Source of the DNA: Actinomycetes bacterium
GTDB taxonomy: Bacteria; Actinomycetota; Acidimicrobiia; Acidimicrobiales; Bog-793
Assembly (NCBI GenBank): GCA_021796455.1
Contig: JAKACA010000003.1
Span: 1-49,880, forward strand
DNA: 49,880 nucleotides
Reading direction: 5' to 3'
Shown: piece after piece, positions 27,050-34,713 of the stretch
Numbering within the stretch: position 1 is the stretch's first letter
Layout: each line of letters starts with the position of its first letter
Position numbers and translations under genes: made by a program
The notes under the pieces: generated by a model
The model's database searches: none
What the model was told of the DNA's origin: nothing
Seen by the model: the letters and a program-made list of their open reading frames with translations, nothing else

Positions 27050-28225
27050 TTGGCCGACAGCACCATCAAGCCACCGATCCCGGATACAGACACCTTGCCC
27101 ACTGACTACTACGACCTCCTCGGCGTCGACAAGAGCGCGAGCGAAGACGAACTGAAAAAGGCCTACAGGGCGCTTGCTCGCGAGCTCCATCCCGACGCGA
27201 CCGGGGGCAATGCCGAGACAGAGGCCCGGTTCAAGGAGGTCACGCTTGCCTACGAGACTCTCCGCGACCCAGAGCGGCGCCGCCGCTATGACATGTTCGG
27301 CCCCGAGGGCGCCCGCGGCTCGGGCGCGGGCGGCGGAGCCGGGGAGCCGTTCGGTTTCGGCGGCAACCTCGGGGACATATTCGACGCCTTCTTCGGCGGC
27401 GGAGGGGGGGGTTTCGCGTCCCAACCCCGACCCGGCGCCCGGCGTGGGGCCGACGCCGAGGTAGTCCTCGACCTCTCGCTCGAGGACGCCGCGTTCGGTG
27501 GGACCAAGGAGCTCTCGGTGACCGGTCTCGTCGCCTGCGCGACCTGCTCGGGCAGCGGTGCGAGGCAGGGGACGACACCTACGACGTGCCCGGACTGCCG
27601 TGGCACCGGACAGGTGCAACGGGTCCGCCAATCGCTGCTCGGGCAGATGGTGACGGCCACACCGTGCACTCGATGCCAAGGTGCCGGCGAGACGGTTGCG
27701 TCCCCATGTCCAGACTGCCGCGGTCAAGGAAGGCGTAGCGAGGAGCGGACGCTCACCATCAACGTGCCACCCGGTGTCGACAACGGCGCCACGCTACGGG
27801 TCGCCGGCGCAGGTGCAGCCGCGCTCCGGGGCGGGGTGGCCGGAGACCTGTATGTCCATCTGCGAGTGGCCGCCGATCCGCGTTTCGACCGGTCCGGCGA
27901 CGATCTCATCGCGACAGTTCACATCCCTTTCACCCAGGCCGCCCTCGGTACCTCCTTGGACGTCGCGACCTTGGACGGCTCGTCGCATATCGAGATCCAA
28001 CCCGGGACACAGTCGGGAAAGATCATCCGCCTGAGTGGCCTGGGCGTGCCGAGGCTACGGGCACGAGGACGGGGAGACCTGCTTGTGCACATAGTCGTCG
28101 ACACTCCCACCAAGCTGTCGAAGGAAGAAGAGGAGTTGCTTCGCCACCTCGCCGAGATACGCGGCGAGGTGGTCGCGCCACCTGAGCACGGCCTGCTGTC
28201 CCGCTTGCGGTCGCGGATCAACTGA
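27050..28225 (+). CDS. dnaJ: Chaperone DnaJ
   Basis: DYYDLLGV, HPD, G/F-rich region, four CxxCxGxG motifs. Confidence 0.97.
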   Translation: MADSTIKPPIPDTDTLPTDYYDLLGVDKSASEDELKKAYRALARELHPDATGGNAETEARFKEVTLAYETLRDPERRRRYDMFGPEGARGSGAGGGAGEPFGFGGNLGDIFDAFFGGGGGGFASQPRPGARRGADAEVVLDLSLEDAAFGGTKELSVTGLVACATCSGSGARQGTTPTTCPDCRGTGQVQRVRQSLLGQMVTATPCTRCQGAGETVASPCPDCRGQGRRSEERTLTINVPPGVDNGATLRVAGAGAAALRGGVAGDLYVHLRVAADPRFDRSGDDLIATVHIPFTQAALGTSLDVATLDGSSHIEIQPGTQSGKIIRLSGLGVPRLRARGRGDLLVHIVVDTPTKLSKEEEELLRHLAEIRGEVVAPPEHGLLSRLRSRIN

Positions 28226-28256
28226 GACCGCTCCGAGGATCGGAGCCGGCCAGCGG

Positions 28257-29168
28257 GTGAATGACTACATCTCGATACCACCGCTGCTACGCGACGCATC
28301 TGCTCTCATATACGTCGACGACCTGGAGACGCCGGAAGTGCGTGCCGAGGACTCTCGACACCTGTGGACGGTGCTTCGTCTGCGGCCAGGAGAGACCGTC
28401 GTCGTGTCCGACGGGCAGGGGCGCTTCCGCGGCTGCACTGTGGCCGCCACGTCCATCGGCAAGGCCCCGGAAAAGCCCGTAGCACCCGCGCAGACCGCGC
28501 AGCGCGCGCGGCGTAGGGGACAAGGCGGCGCTCTCGTCCTCCTGCCCGCCACCGAGGTGATGGAGGGAAGGAGAGCCGTGCCGGCTCTGACAGTGGGTTT
28601 CTCTCTCGCCAAGGGAGACAGGAATGACTGGGCTGTCGCCAAGCTTTCCGAGCTCGGGGTGGACCGCATCGTTCCGCTCATGTGCGAGCGCACGGCCGTC
28701 CGCTTGAGCCCTGAGCAGGCGCTCCACCAGCATGAGCGTCTTCGACGGATCGCGCGGGAAGCCTCAATGCAGGCTCGCCGCATCTGGCTCCCCGAGGTGC
28801 TGGACGTGGTCGCCCTCGCGCACGCGCCGTCAAGGCTGGGTAGTGACGCGCGAGCAGGGGTCGGGGGCGGCGGTGTCGGGGAGGTCGGGGGCGGCGGCAT
28901 CGGGGGGGTCGGGGGCGGCGGCATCGCCTTGGCCGAGCCGGGCGGGCCCGGTCTGTCGCTCGCCACCCCGACGGTGCTGGTCGGCCCGGAGGGTGGCTTT
29001 GCCCCCGGCGAGCTCGCCATGGGCTTGCCCGTAGTTGGCCTCGGTGCCACAGTCCTTCGGATCGAAACGGCCGCCATCGCCGCTGGCACGATCCTGTCGG
29101 CCCTGAGGTCCGGCTTGCTGTCGGCGACCTCAGCGGTCGACGACCCGCGGCGGTGCCGCCCGCGGTGA
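28257..29168 (+). CDS. rsmE: 16S rRNA m3U1498 methyltransferase
   Basis: HLWTVLRL, KLSELGVDRIVP, EASMQARR, VGPEGGF, LGATVLRIETAA. Confidence 0.92.
   Translation: MNDYISIPPLLRDASALIYVDDLETPEVRAEDSRHLWTVLRLRPGETVVVSDGQGRFRGCTVAATSIGKAPEKPVAPAQTAQRARRRGQGGALVLLPATEVMEGRRAVPALTVGFSLAKGDRNDWAVAKLSELGVDRIVPLMCERTAVRLSPEQALHQHERLRRIAREASMQARRIWLPEVLDVVALAHAPSRLGSDARAGVGGGGVGEVGGGGIGGVGGGGIALAEPGGPGLSLATPTVLVGPEGGFAPGELAMGLPVVGLGATVLRIETAAIAAGTILSALRSGLLSATSAVDDPRRCRPR
28857..28928 (+). repeat. In-frame 24-bp repeat x3 (GVGGGGVG/EVGGGGIG/GVGGGGIA) inside rsmE
   Basis: Units at 28857, 28881 and 28905. Confidence 0.85.
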
Positions 29169-29177
29169 CGCTCGACC

Positions 29178-29208
29178 GCTCAGAGTAGTAACCTCGAACG
29201 CGTAAAGT
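29178..29208 (+). promoter_or_regulatory. Putative bldD promoter with motif GCTCAGAGTAGT and -10 TAAAGT
   Basis: 12-mer at 29178-29189; TAACCT at 29189-29194; TAAAGT at 29203-29208. Confidence 0.4.
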
Positions 29209-29268
29209 GGTAATAGGAACGCGGGCGGCGGTCAGGAGCTACAGCGGGCGCCGAGCGTCACCCAGCCC

Positions 29269-29296
29269 GTGCGCCGGGCCGTGTGCGCCGGGCCGT
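29269..29296 (+). repeat. 14-bp tandem duplication GTGCGCCGGGCCGT x2 in the bldD leader
   Basis: Units at 29269 and 29283. Confidence 0.85.
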
Positions 29297-29310
29297 CAAC
29301 AAGGGGACAC

Positions 29311-29895
29311 ATGCGCAGTGCTGTAGTTAGGATCGCAAACAACGAGCTGACCGACGAGGACGTGGCAGGCTACGCACAAGCCGTCGGCCTCCGCCTGCGC
29401 GCGGTCCGCCGGCAGAAGCGGCTCTCCTTGCAGGCAGTCGAGCGCGCGTCCGCAGAGGAGTTCAAAGCCTCGGTGCTCGGCGCCTACGAGAGAGGCGAGA
29501 GGACCATCTCCGTGCCGAGGCTGCAGCGCCTGGCGCAGATCTACTCCGTGCCGGTCGACCAGCTCCTACCTGCTGACATGTCGCAGCCGCTCGGCAGGGC
29601 TGGTACCGCCTCGGGCCCGTCGCGCTCTGGTGCTGCCGGAGAACGACCGGTGAGGAAGATCACTATCGACCTCGTTCGCCTCAACGAAGTCACAGGCCCA
29701 GAACGCGATCTGCTTCGCCATTTCCTTGCCTCTGTACAGGTGCAGCGCCAGGACTTCAATGGCAAGGTGATCACTATAAGAGAAGCCGACCTTCGCGTGA
29801 TGGCGTCGATGTTCGGCCGTAGCGTCGAGGCGCTCGTCAACCGCCTCGAGGAGCTCAGCCTGATCCACCACGCCACCAGGAACGGGCAGAGCTGA
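29311..29895 (+). CDS. bldD: BldD-family XRE transcriptional regulator with c-di-GMP-binding C-terminal domain
   Basis: YAQAVGLRLRAVRRQKRLSLQAVE...GAYERGERTISVPRLQRLAQIYSVPVDQLLP and KITIDL...QRQDFNGKVITIREADLR align with Streptomyces BldD as I recall it (KLVLDL...QRGDYNGKVLSIRQDDLR); AAGGGG RBS before ATG 29311. Confidence 0.88.
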   Translation: MRSAVVRIANNELTDEDVAGYAQAVGLRLRAVRRQKRLSLQAVERASAEEFKASVLGAYERGERTISVPRLQRLAQIYSVPVDQLLPADMSQPLGRAGTASGPSRSGAAGERPVRKITIDLVRLNEVTGPERDLLRHFLASVQVQRQDFNGKVITIREADLRVMASMFGRSVEALVNRLEELSLIHHATRNGQS

Positions 29896-31091
29896 CAAGC
29901 TCCCTCGCTGGAGCCGACGATCTCGGTCCCAGCACCGCCGAGCTCGCCCAAGCAGGCCTGCCGCCGATATCGCCCGGCGTCTACGTCCACGTTCCATTCT
30001 GTGCGAGCCGGTGCGACTACTGCGCGTTCACTACCTTCACCGACCGCCACCACCTGGCATCGAGCTACGTCGATGCATGCCTGAGAGACTACGAGGCCCA
30101 TCGAGAGGCCTGGCCGGCACGCCCTGGCACCATCTTCATCGGCGGGGGCACTCCGAGCCAGCTCTCCGGACGAGACTTGAGACGACTCGTCTCGGCTCTG
30201 GATGCTTTCCCGGACGCCGAGGTCACCGTCGAGGCCAACCCCGAGGATGTGACGCCTGCATGGGTCGCAACATGTCGCGCAGCGGGCGTCAACCGGATCT
30301 CGCTCGGCGTGCAGTCGCTTGATCCGGCTGTGCTCAAAGGCCTGGGACGGCAGCACGACCCGGCGGCTGTGGCTGTGGCCGTCAGGAACATCGCAGCCGC
30401 CGGCATCGCGAGCTACAGCGTTGATCTCATCTACGGAGGCGCGGGCGAGACCAACGAGAGCTGGACGAGGACCCTCGAGGGAGTGCAACAACTCGATCCC
30501 CGTCCTGGTCACGTCAGCGCTTACGGGCTCACTGTCGAAGCCGGTACGCCGCTTGCCCTTGACCAGAGTCGTCACCCCGACGACGACACCCAGGCCGCGC
30601 GCTACGAGATTGCCGAGCAGATGCTCTCGGAACACGGATACAGCTGGTACGAGATCTCGAACTGGTCGCTTCCCGGCCAGGAATCACGCCACAACCTCAA
30701 CTACTGGATGGAGGGCGACTACCTGGGACTCGGCTGTGCTGCCCATAGCCACCGGGCCGGACGGCGCTGGTGGAACGTGCGCACCCCCGAGCGCTATATC
30801 GATCTGATCACAAGGAAAAGCTCCCCGGAGTCAGTCTCCGAAACCCTCTCAGTGTCCCAACGCCGCCTCGAATCCCTGGAGCTGGCGGTGCGAACCCGCC
30901 TCGGCGTTCCTCGCTCTGCGCTCGCATCGGCTCTCGGGTCGGAGCCTGCTGTCACCGACCTGGTCGCGATCGACCCGAGATCGGGACGGTTGGTGCTCAC
31001 AGTGCGCGGCAGGCTGCTCGCCAACGAGGTCGCGTGCCGCTTACGCCCAGATGCTCCAGAAGTGGCCGAGATGACCTCCCCTGCCCGCTAG
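29892..31091 (+). CDS. hemW: Radical SAM heme chaperone HemW, probable CTG start
   Basis: VYVHVPFCASRCDYC (CxxxCxxC at 30000-30023), FIGGGTPS, TVEANP, NRISLGVQS, YEISN and HNLNYW are all in frame with the ORF-track ORF at 30177; no ATG/GTG/TTG upstream of the Cys motif. Confidence 0.85.
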   Translation: MTSSLAGADDLGPSTAELAQAGLPPISPGVYVHVPFCASRCDYCAFTTFTDRHHLASSYVDACLRDYEAHREAWPARPGTIFIGGGTPSQLSGRDLRRLVSALDAFPDAEVTVEANPEDVTPAWVATCRAAGVNRISLGVQSLDPAVLKGLGRQHDPAAVAVAVRNIAAAGIASYSVDLIYGGAGETNESWTRTLEGVQQLDPRPGHVSAYGLTVEAGTPLALDQSRHPDDDTQAARYEIAEQMLSEHGYSWYEISNWSLPGQESRHNLNYWMEGDYLGLGCAAHSHRAGRRWWNVRTPERYIDLITRKSSPESVSETLSVSQRRLESLELAVRTRLGVPRSALASALGSEPAVTDLVAIDPRSGRLVLTVRGRLLANEVACRLRPDAPEVAEMTSPAR

Positions 31092-31092
31092 G

Positions 31093-31329
31093 ATGGCCGG
31101 CATGGCCGAGCCGATCACCTGGATGAGCACGCCTGCGGTTGCTGAGTACCTCGGCGTGAACACGCGCACCGTGTACCGCCTGATCGACGAGGGTGAGCTG
31201 CCGGCATACAAGTTCGGCAGGGTTATACGCCTCCAAGAGTGCGACGTCATCGCGTTCGTCGAGCGGAGCCGCATAGCCCCCGGGAGCCTGGAGCACCTCT
31301 ATCCCGAGCCCGTGCGCTCCGAGGGCTGA
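31093..31329 (+). CDS. Small excisionase-like/MerR-type HTH DNA-binding protein (HTH_17, the family that includes BldC)
   Basis: MSTPAVAEYLGVNTRTVYRLIDEGELPAYKFGRVIRL. Confidence 0.85.
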   Translation: MAGMAEPITWMSTPAVAEYLGVNTRTVYRLIDEGELPAYKFGRVIRLQECDVIAFVERSRIAPGSLEHLYPEPVRSEG

Positions 31330-31342
31330 GGGCTGAGGGCTG
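31321..31342 (+). repeat. 7-bp tandem repeat GAGGGCT x3 spanning the HTH gene stop
   Basis: gagggct gagggct gagggct g; TGA stop at 31327-31329. Confidence 0.85.
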
Positions 31343-31344
31343 TT

Positions 31345-31686
31345 ATGGAGTGCCTTTTCTGCGCGATCGCCGCCGGTGACATCCCATCCACCGAGGTGCT
31401 CTCGACCGAGCTGTCCTACGCTTTCCGCGACCTCCATCCGGCAGCTCCGACCCATGTGCTGGTAGTGCCGCGCGAGCACGTCGCGGACGCGGCTGCCCTC
31501 GACTCCTCCGACGGGGACATGATCGCGGATCTCTTCTCGACCGCGCGGGCTGTGGCGCAGGTGGAGGGGCTGGAGGAACGCGGATACCGCCTGGTGTTCA
31601 ATGTCGGCGAAGATGCAGGCAACAGCGTGCCCCATCTCCATCTCCATGTCCTAGGTGGCAGGCATATGGCCTGGCCGCCAGGGTGA
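31345..31686 (+). CDS. hinT: Histidine triad nucleotide-binding protein
   Basis: CLFCAI, AFRDLHPAAPTHVLVVP, VPHLHLHVLGGR. Confidence 0.93.
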   Translation: MECLFCAIAAGDIPSTEVLSTELSYAFRDLHPAAPTHVLVVPREHVADAAALDSSDGDMIADLFSTARAVAQVEGLEERGYRLVFNVGEDAGNSVPHLHLHVLGGRHMAWPPG

Positions 31687-31709
31687 GTGGGCCGCCAGGG
31701 TGAGTGGGC
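31673..31709 (+). repeat. 17-bp tandem duplication spanning the hinT stop
   Basis: ggccgccagggtgagtg at 31673 and 31690, then ggc. Confidence 0.88.
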
Positions 31710-31782
31710 TACGGTACCGACAGGGTGGCAGACCGTCGTTCTCCGGCGCGAAGTCGGCTGGTAACCTCGTATTGATCACACG

Positions 31783-32814
31783 GTGACCCCTTCCCAAGCC
31801 AAGATCCTCGTTCCCGGCAACCACCTCATGGTGGGGCTGCTCGGGCAGAAGGACGAACTGCTGCGGACGGTCGAGCGGGCCTTCCAAGGCAACACGATCC
31901 ACGTCCGTGGCAACGAGATAACTGTCGAGGGCCCCGATGCTGGACGCGTCGCCCACCTTTTCGAGGAGCTCGTCGCGCTCCTCGAGCGCGGACACTTCGT
32001 CGACGAGGCGAACATCGGACGCTCGATCGAAATGCTCCAGGAGGACATGAGGCCCTCTGAGGTGCTGACCACGGAGGTGGCTCGATCCCCAAAGGGCAGG
32101 AGAGTCCACCCAAAGACAGCGGGCCAGAAGCGTTACGCCGAGGCGATCACCGAGAATGTGATCACGTTCGGCATTGGGCCGGCAGGTACCGGGAAGTCCT
32201 ACCTGGCCGTCGCCCTTGCCGTGCAGGCGCTCCAGGCCAAAGAAGTCAACAGGATCATCCTCACGAGACCGGCGGTCGAGGCCGGCGAGCGGCTCGGCTT
32301 CCTTCCCGGAGATCTCCTAGCCAAGGTGGACCCGTACCTAAGGCCCCTGTATGACGCCCTCTACGACATGCTCGAGCCGGAGGGAACCCAGCGGCTCATG
32401 GAGCGGGGCACGATCGAAGTCGCGCCTCTCGCCTATATGCGAGGCCGCACTCTCAACTCGAGCTTTGTGATCCTCGACGAGGCACAGAACACCACACCTG
32501 AACAGATGAAGATGTTTCTCACGCGAGTGGGTTTCGGGACGAGGGTCGTCGTGAACGGCGATGCTACCCAGATCGACATCCCCGGAGGCCGGTCAGGCCT
32601 CATAGGACTCGAACCCGTGCTCGGAGACATTGAAGGGGTGGCGTTCGTCCACCTGACGCAAGCGGACGTAGTTCGCCACCGTATAGTCCGCGAGATCGTG
32701 AACGCGTACGATCGCTTCGCGGCATCGCAGGCGGGGATCACCATCCCCGAACCAAGAGTGACGGACTCCGGTCACGGTGCCGGCCAGGCGGGCCCGATCG
32801 CGCACGTGAGCTGA
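31783..32814 (+). CDS. phoH: PhoH family ATPase (YbeZ-like)
   Basis: GPAGTGKSYLA, ILTRPAVEAGERLGFLPG, MRGRT, LDEAQNTT, GDATQID, VVRH. Confidence 0.95.
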   Translation: MTPSQAKILVPGNHLMVGLLGQKDELLRTVERAFQGNTIHVRGNEITVEGPDAGRVAHLFEELVALLERGHFVDEANIGRSIEMLQEDMRPSEVLTTEVARSPKGRRVHPKTAGQKRYAEAITENVITFGIGPAGTGKSYLAVALAVQALQAKEVNRIILTRPAVEAGERLGFLPGDLLAKVDPYLRPLYDALYDMLEPEGTQRLMERGTIEVAPLAYMRGRTLNSSFVILDEAQNTTPEQMKMFLTRVGFGTRVVVNGDATQIDIPGGRSGLIGLEPVLGDIEGVAFVHLTQADVVRHRIVREIVNAYDRFAASQAGITIPEPRVTDSGHGAGQAGPIAHVS

Positions 32815-32821
32815 GAGCCCC

Positions 32822-33361
32822 GTGCCTATCGAGGTATTCGTGGCAGACGAGCAGTCGGACCGGCCGATCGACGCGACGCGCTGGAGCAGGCTCGCCCAGC
32901 ACATCGTCGCCGACCGCAGAGTCGGCTCCGACGTCGAGCTCAGCATCTTGTTCGTCGACGAGGCTGCGATATCGTCCCTCAACGAGCGCTTCTTGGACCA
33001 AGACGGTCCGACGGACGTGCTCTCGTTCCCGATCGAGGACGACCTCATTCTGCCGATCGGACCGCCCGGGCCGATCGCGCCGCGTGGCAGCGGGCCAGGG
33101 CGCCAGGACGACGACTACGAGGACGAGTCAACCGGGCCAGGAATCCCGCTGCTGCTTGGCGATGTCGTGATCTGTCCCGAGGTTGCGGCGCGCAACGCGC
33201 CGGGCCACGCCGGCACCTACGAGGACGAGCTTGCTCTCCTTGTTGTACACGGCATCTTGCACCTGCTCGGCATGGACCACGAGGACGAGCAGGAGGCCGC
33301 CGTCATGGAGGCGCTCGAGCAAGAGCTGCTGGACCGCCACTACCGCGGTGCCCCGCCATGA
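32822..33361 (+). CDS. ybeY: rRNA maturation endoribonuclease YbeY
   Basis: PTDVLSFP, LGDVVIC, HGILHLLGMDH. Confidence 0.95.
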   Translation: MPIEVFVADEQSDRPIDATRWSRLAQHIVADRRVGSDVELSILFVDEAAISSLNERFLDQDGPTDVLSFPIEDDLILPIGPPGPIAPRGSGPGRQDDDYEDESTGPGIPLLLGDVVICPEVAARNAPGHAGTYEDELALLVVHGILHLLGMDHEDEQEAAVMEALEQELLDRHYRGAPP

Positions 33362-34713
33362 CCCCCGAGATCGGCGACATCAGCTGGAACTCAGCTGACA
33401 GCTGGATACTCGTAGCAGTCGTGGCTCTCATCATCGTATCTTCCGTGCTCGCCCTCGCCGAAACCGGGCTGACGCGGACCTCCCGGGCGCGAGCAAAAGC
33501 GCTCGACGACTCGGGCGCGCGCGGAGCGAGGTCACTCAGGCGACTGGTTGAGCAACCGGAGCGGTTTCTCGCCCCTGTGCTCCTGCTTGTCCTGCTCTGT
33601 CAACTGGTGGCCGCCACCCTCGTCGGAGTGGTCGCCGCCCGCCTGTTTGGTCCACTCGGCGTCGCGGTTGCCACCGTGTTCGAGGTCGTGGTCATCTTCG
33701 TCTTCGGCGAGGCAGTGCCAAAGCAGTGGGCTGTGCGTAACCCGGATCGTGCCGCTCTCATGGCCGCGCCGCTCGTCACGGGTTTCGTTCGGTTCCCGCC
33801 TGTACGAGTGCTGTCATCTCTCCTCATCGGCATCGCCCGTCTCCTCACTCCGGGCGGACGCCGGCCCCATAGCGGAAGTGAGGTGACCGAGTCCGAGCTG
33901 CTTGCCTTCACCGACGTCGCGGTCGAAGAAGAGGCGATCGAAAGCGACGAGCGCGAGCTGATCCATTCGATCATCGAGTTCGGTGACACGATCGTTCGTG
34001 AGGTAATGGTCCCGCGCCCGGACATAGTCGCTTTCGACGCGACCACCCTCGCCGAGCCGGTTCTCGAAGGGGCAATCGCCGCAGGCTTCAGCCGCCTCCC
34101 CGTCTACGCGGGCAACATTGACCATGTCGTCGGCATAGCCTTCACAAAAGACCTCGTCCTTGCTATCAGGCGCGGCCAGAGCATGAGACCCGTCGCCGAG
34201 ATCGCCAGACATCCGCATTTCGTGCCCGAGACGAAACGGGTCGCGCCCCTGCTGCGTGAGATGCAGCACGAGCGCTTTCACTTGGCCGTCGTGGTCGACG
34301 AGTACGGGGGGACTGCGGGCATCGTGACTCTCGAGGATCTGATCGAGGAGCTTGTCGGTGAGATCTCAGACGAGTACGACAGAGTCGAACCCAGCATCGA
34401 GCCACTGGAAAACGGACGCTTCCGCGTCCCAAGCATCATGGCAGTCGACGAGGTGAACGATCTCCTCGGCGCCGAGCTTCCGGTCGGAGACGACTGGGAC
34501 ACGATAGGTGGACTCGTCATGGCTCAGGCGGGGCACATACCGACCGACGGCGAATCGATAGAGGTCGAAGGATACAGGCTGGTCGCCGAGAACGTCACCG
34601 GCCAGCGGATCGGATCGGTCGCGGTTGAGGCCCTGTTGGACCGCCCTCCGCTGCACCACGAGGAGCCGGATCCCACCTCCGAGGTACCGGTCGAGATGCC
34701 TGGCGATGACTGA
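33358..34713 (+). CDS. Hemolysin family protein (DUF21-CBS-CBS-CorC/HlyC)
   Basis: N-terminal TM region, FGEAVPK, VREVMVPR, FSRLPV, VVDEYGGTAGIVTLEDLIEELVGEI, TIGGLV. Confidence 0.92.
   Translation: MTPEIGDISWNSADSWILVAVVALIIVSSVLALAETGLTRTSRARAKALDDSGARGARSLRRLVEQPERFLAPVLLLVLLCQLVAATLVGVVAARLFGPLGVAVATVFEVVVIFVFGEAVPKQWAVRNPDRAALMAAPLVTGFVRFPPVRVLSSLLIGIARLLTPGGRRPHSGSEVTESELLAFTDVAVEEEAIESDERELIHSIIEFGDTIVREVMVPRPDIVAFDATTLAEPVLEGAIAAGFSRLPVYAGNIDHVVGIAFTKDLVLAIRRGQSMRPVAEIARHPHFVPETKRVAPLLREMQHERFHLAVVVDEYGGTAGIVTLEDLIEELVGEISDEYDRVEPSIEPLENGRFRVPSIMAVDEVNDLLGAELPVGDDWDTIGGLVMAQAGHIPTDGESIEVEGYRLVAENVTGQRIGSVAVEALLDRPPLHHEEPDPTSEVPVEMPGDD

Noticed and set aside
28230-28246. Hairpin GCTCCGA-GGA-TCGGAGC between dnaJ and rsmE as a terminator
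   Set aside because: Only a 7-bp stem with a 3-nt loop and no U-tract, in a 31-bp gap of an apparent operon; too weak to call.
29892-31091. hemW as an N-terminally truncated pseudogene (ORF track starts at 30177)
   Set aside because: The frame is open and conserved through CxxxCxxC, with no frameshift or stop, so a non-canonical start is the simpler explanation.
31093-31329. Prophage or ICE remnant suggested by the excisionase-like gene
   Set aside because: No integrase, att repeats or phage genes; flanked by coupled housekeeping genes.
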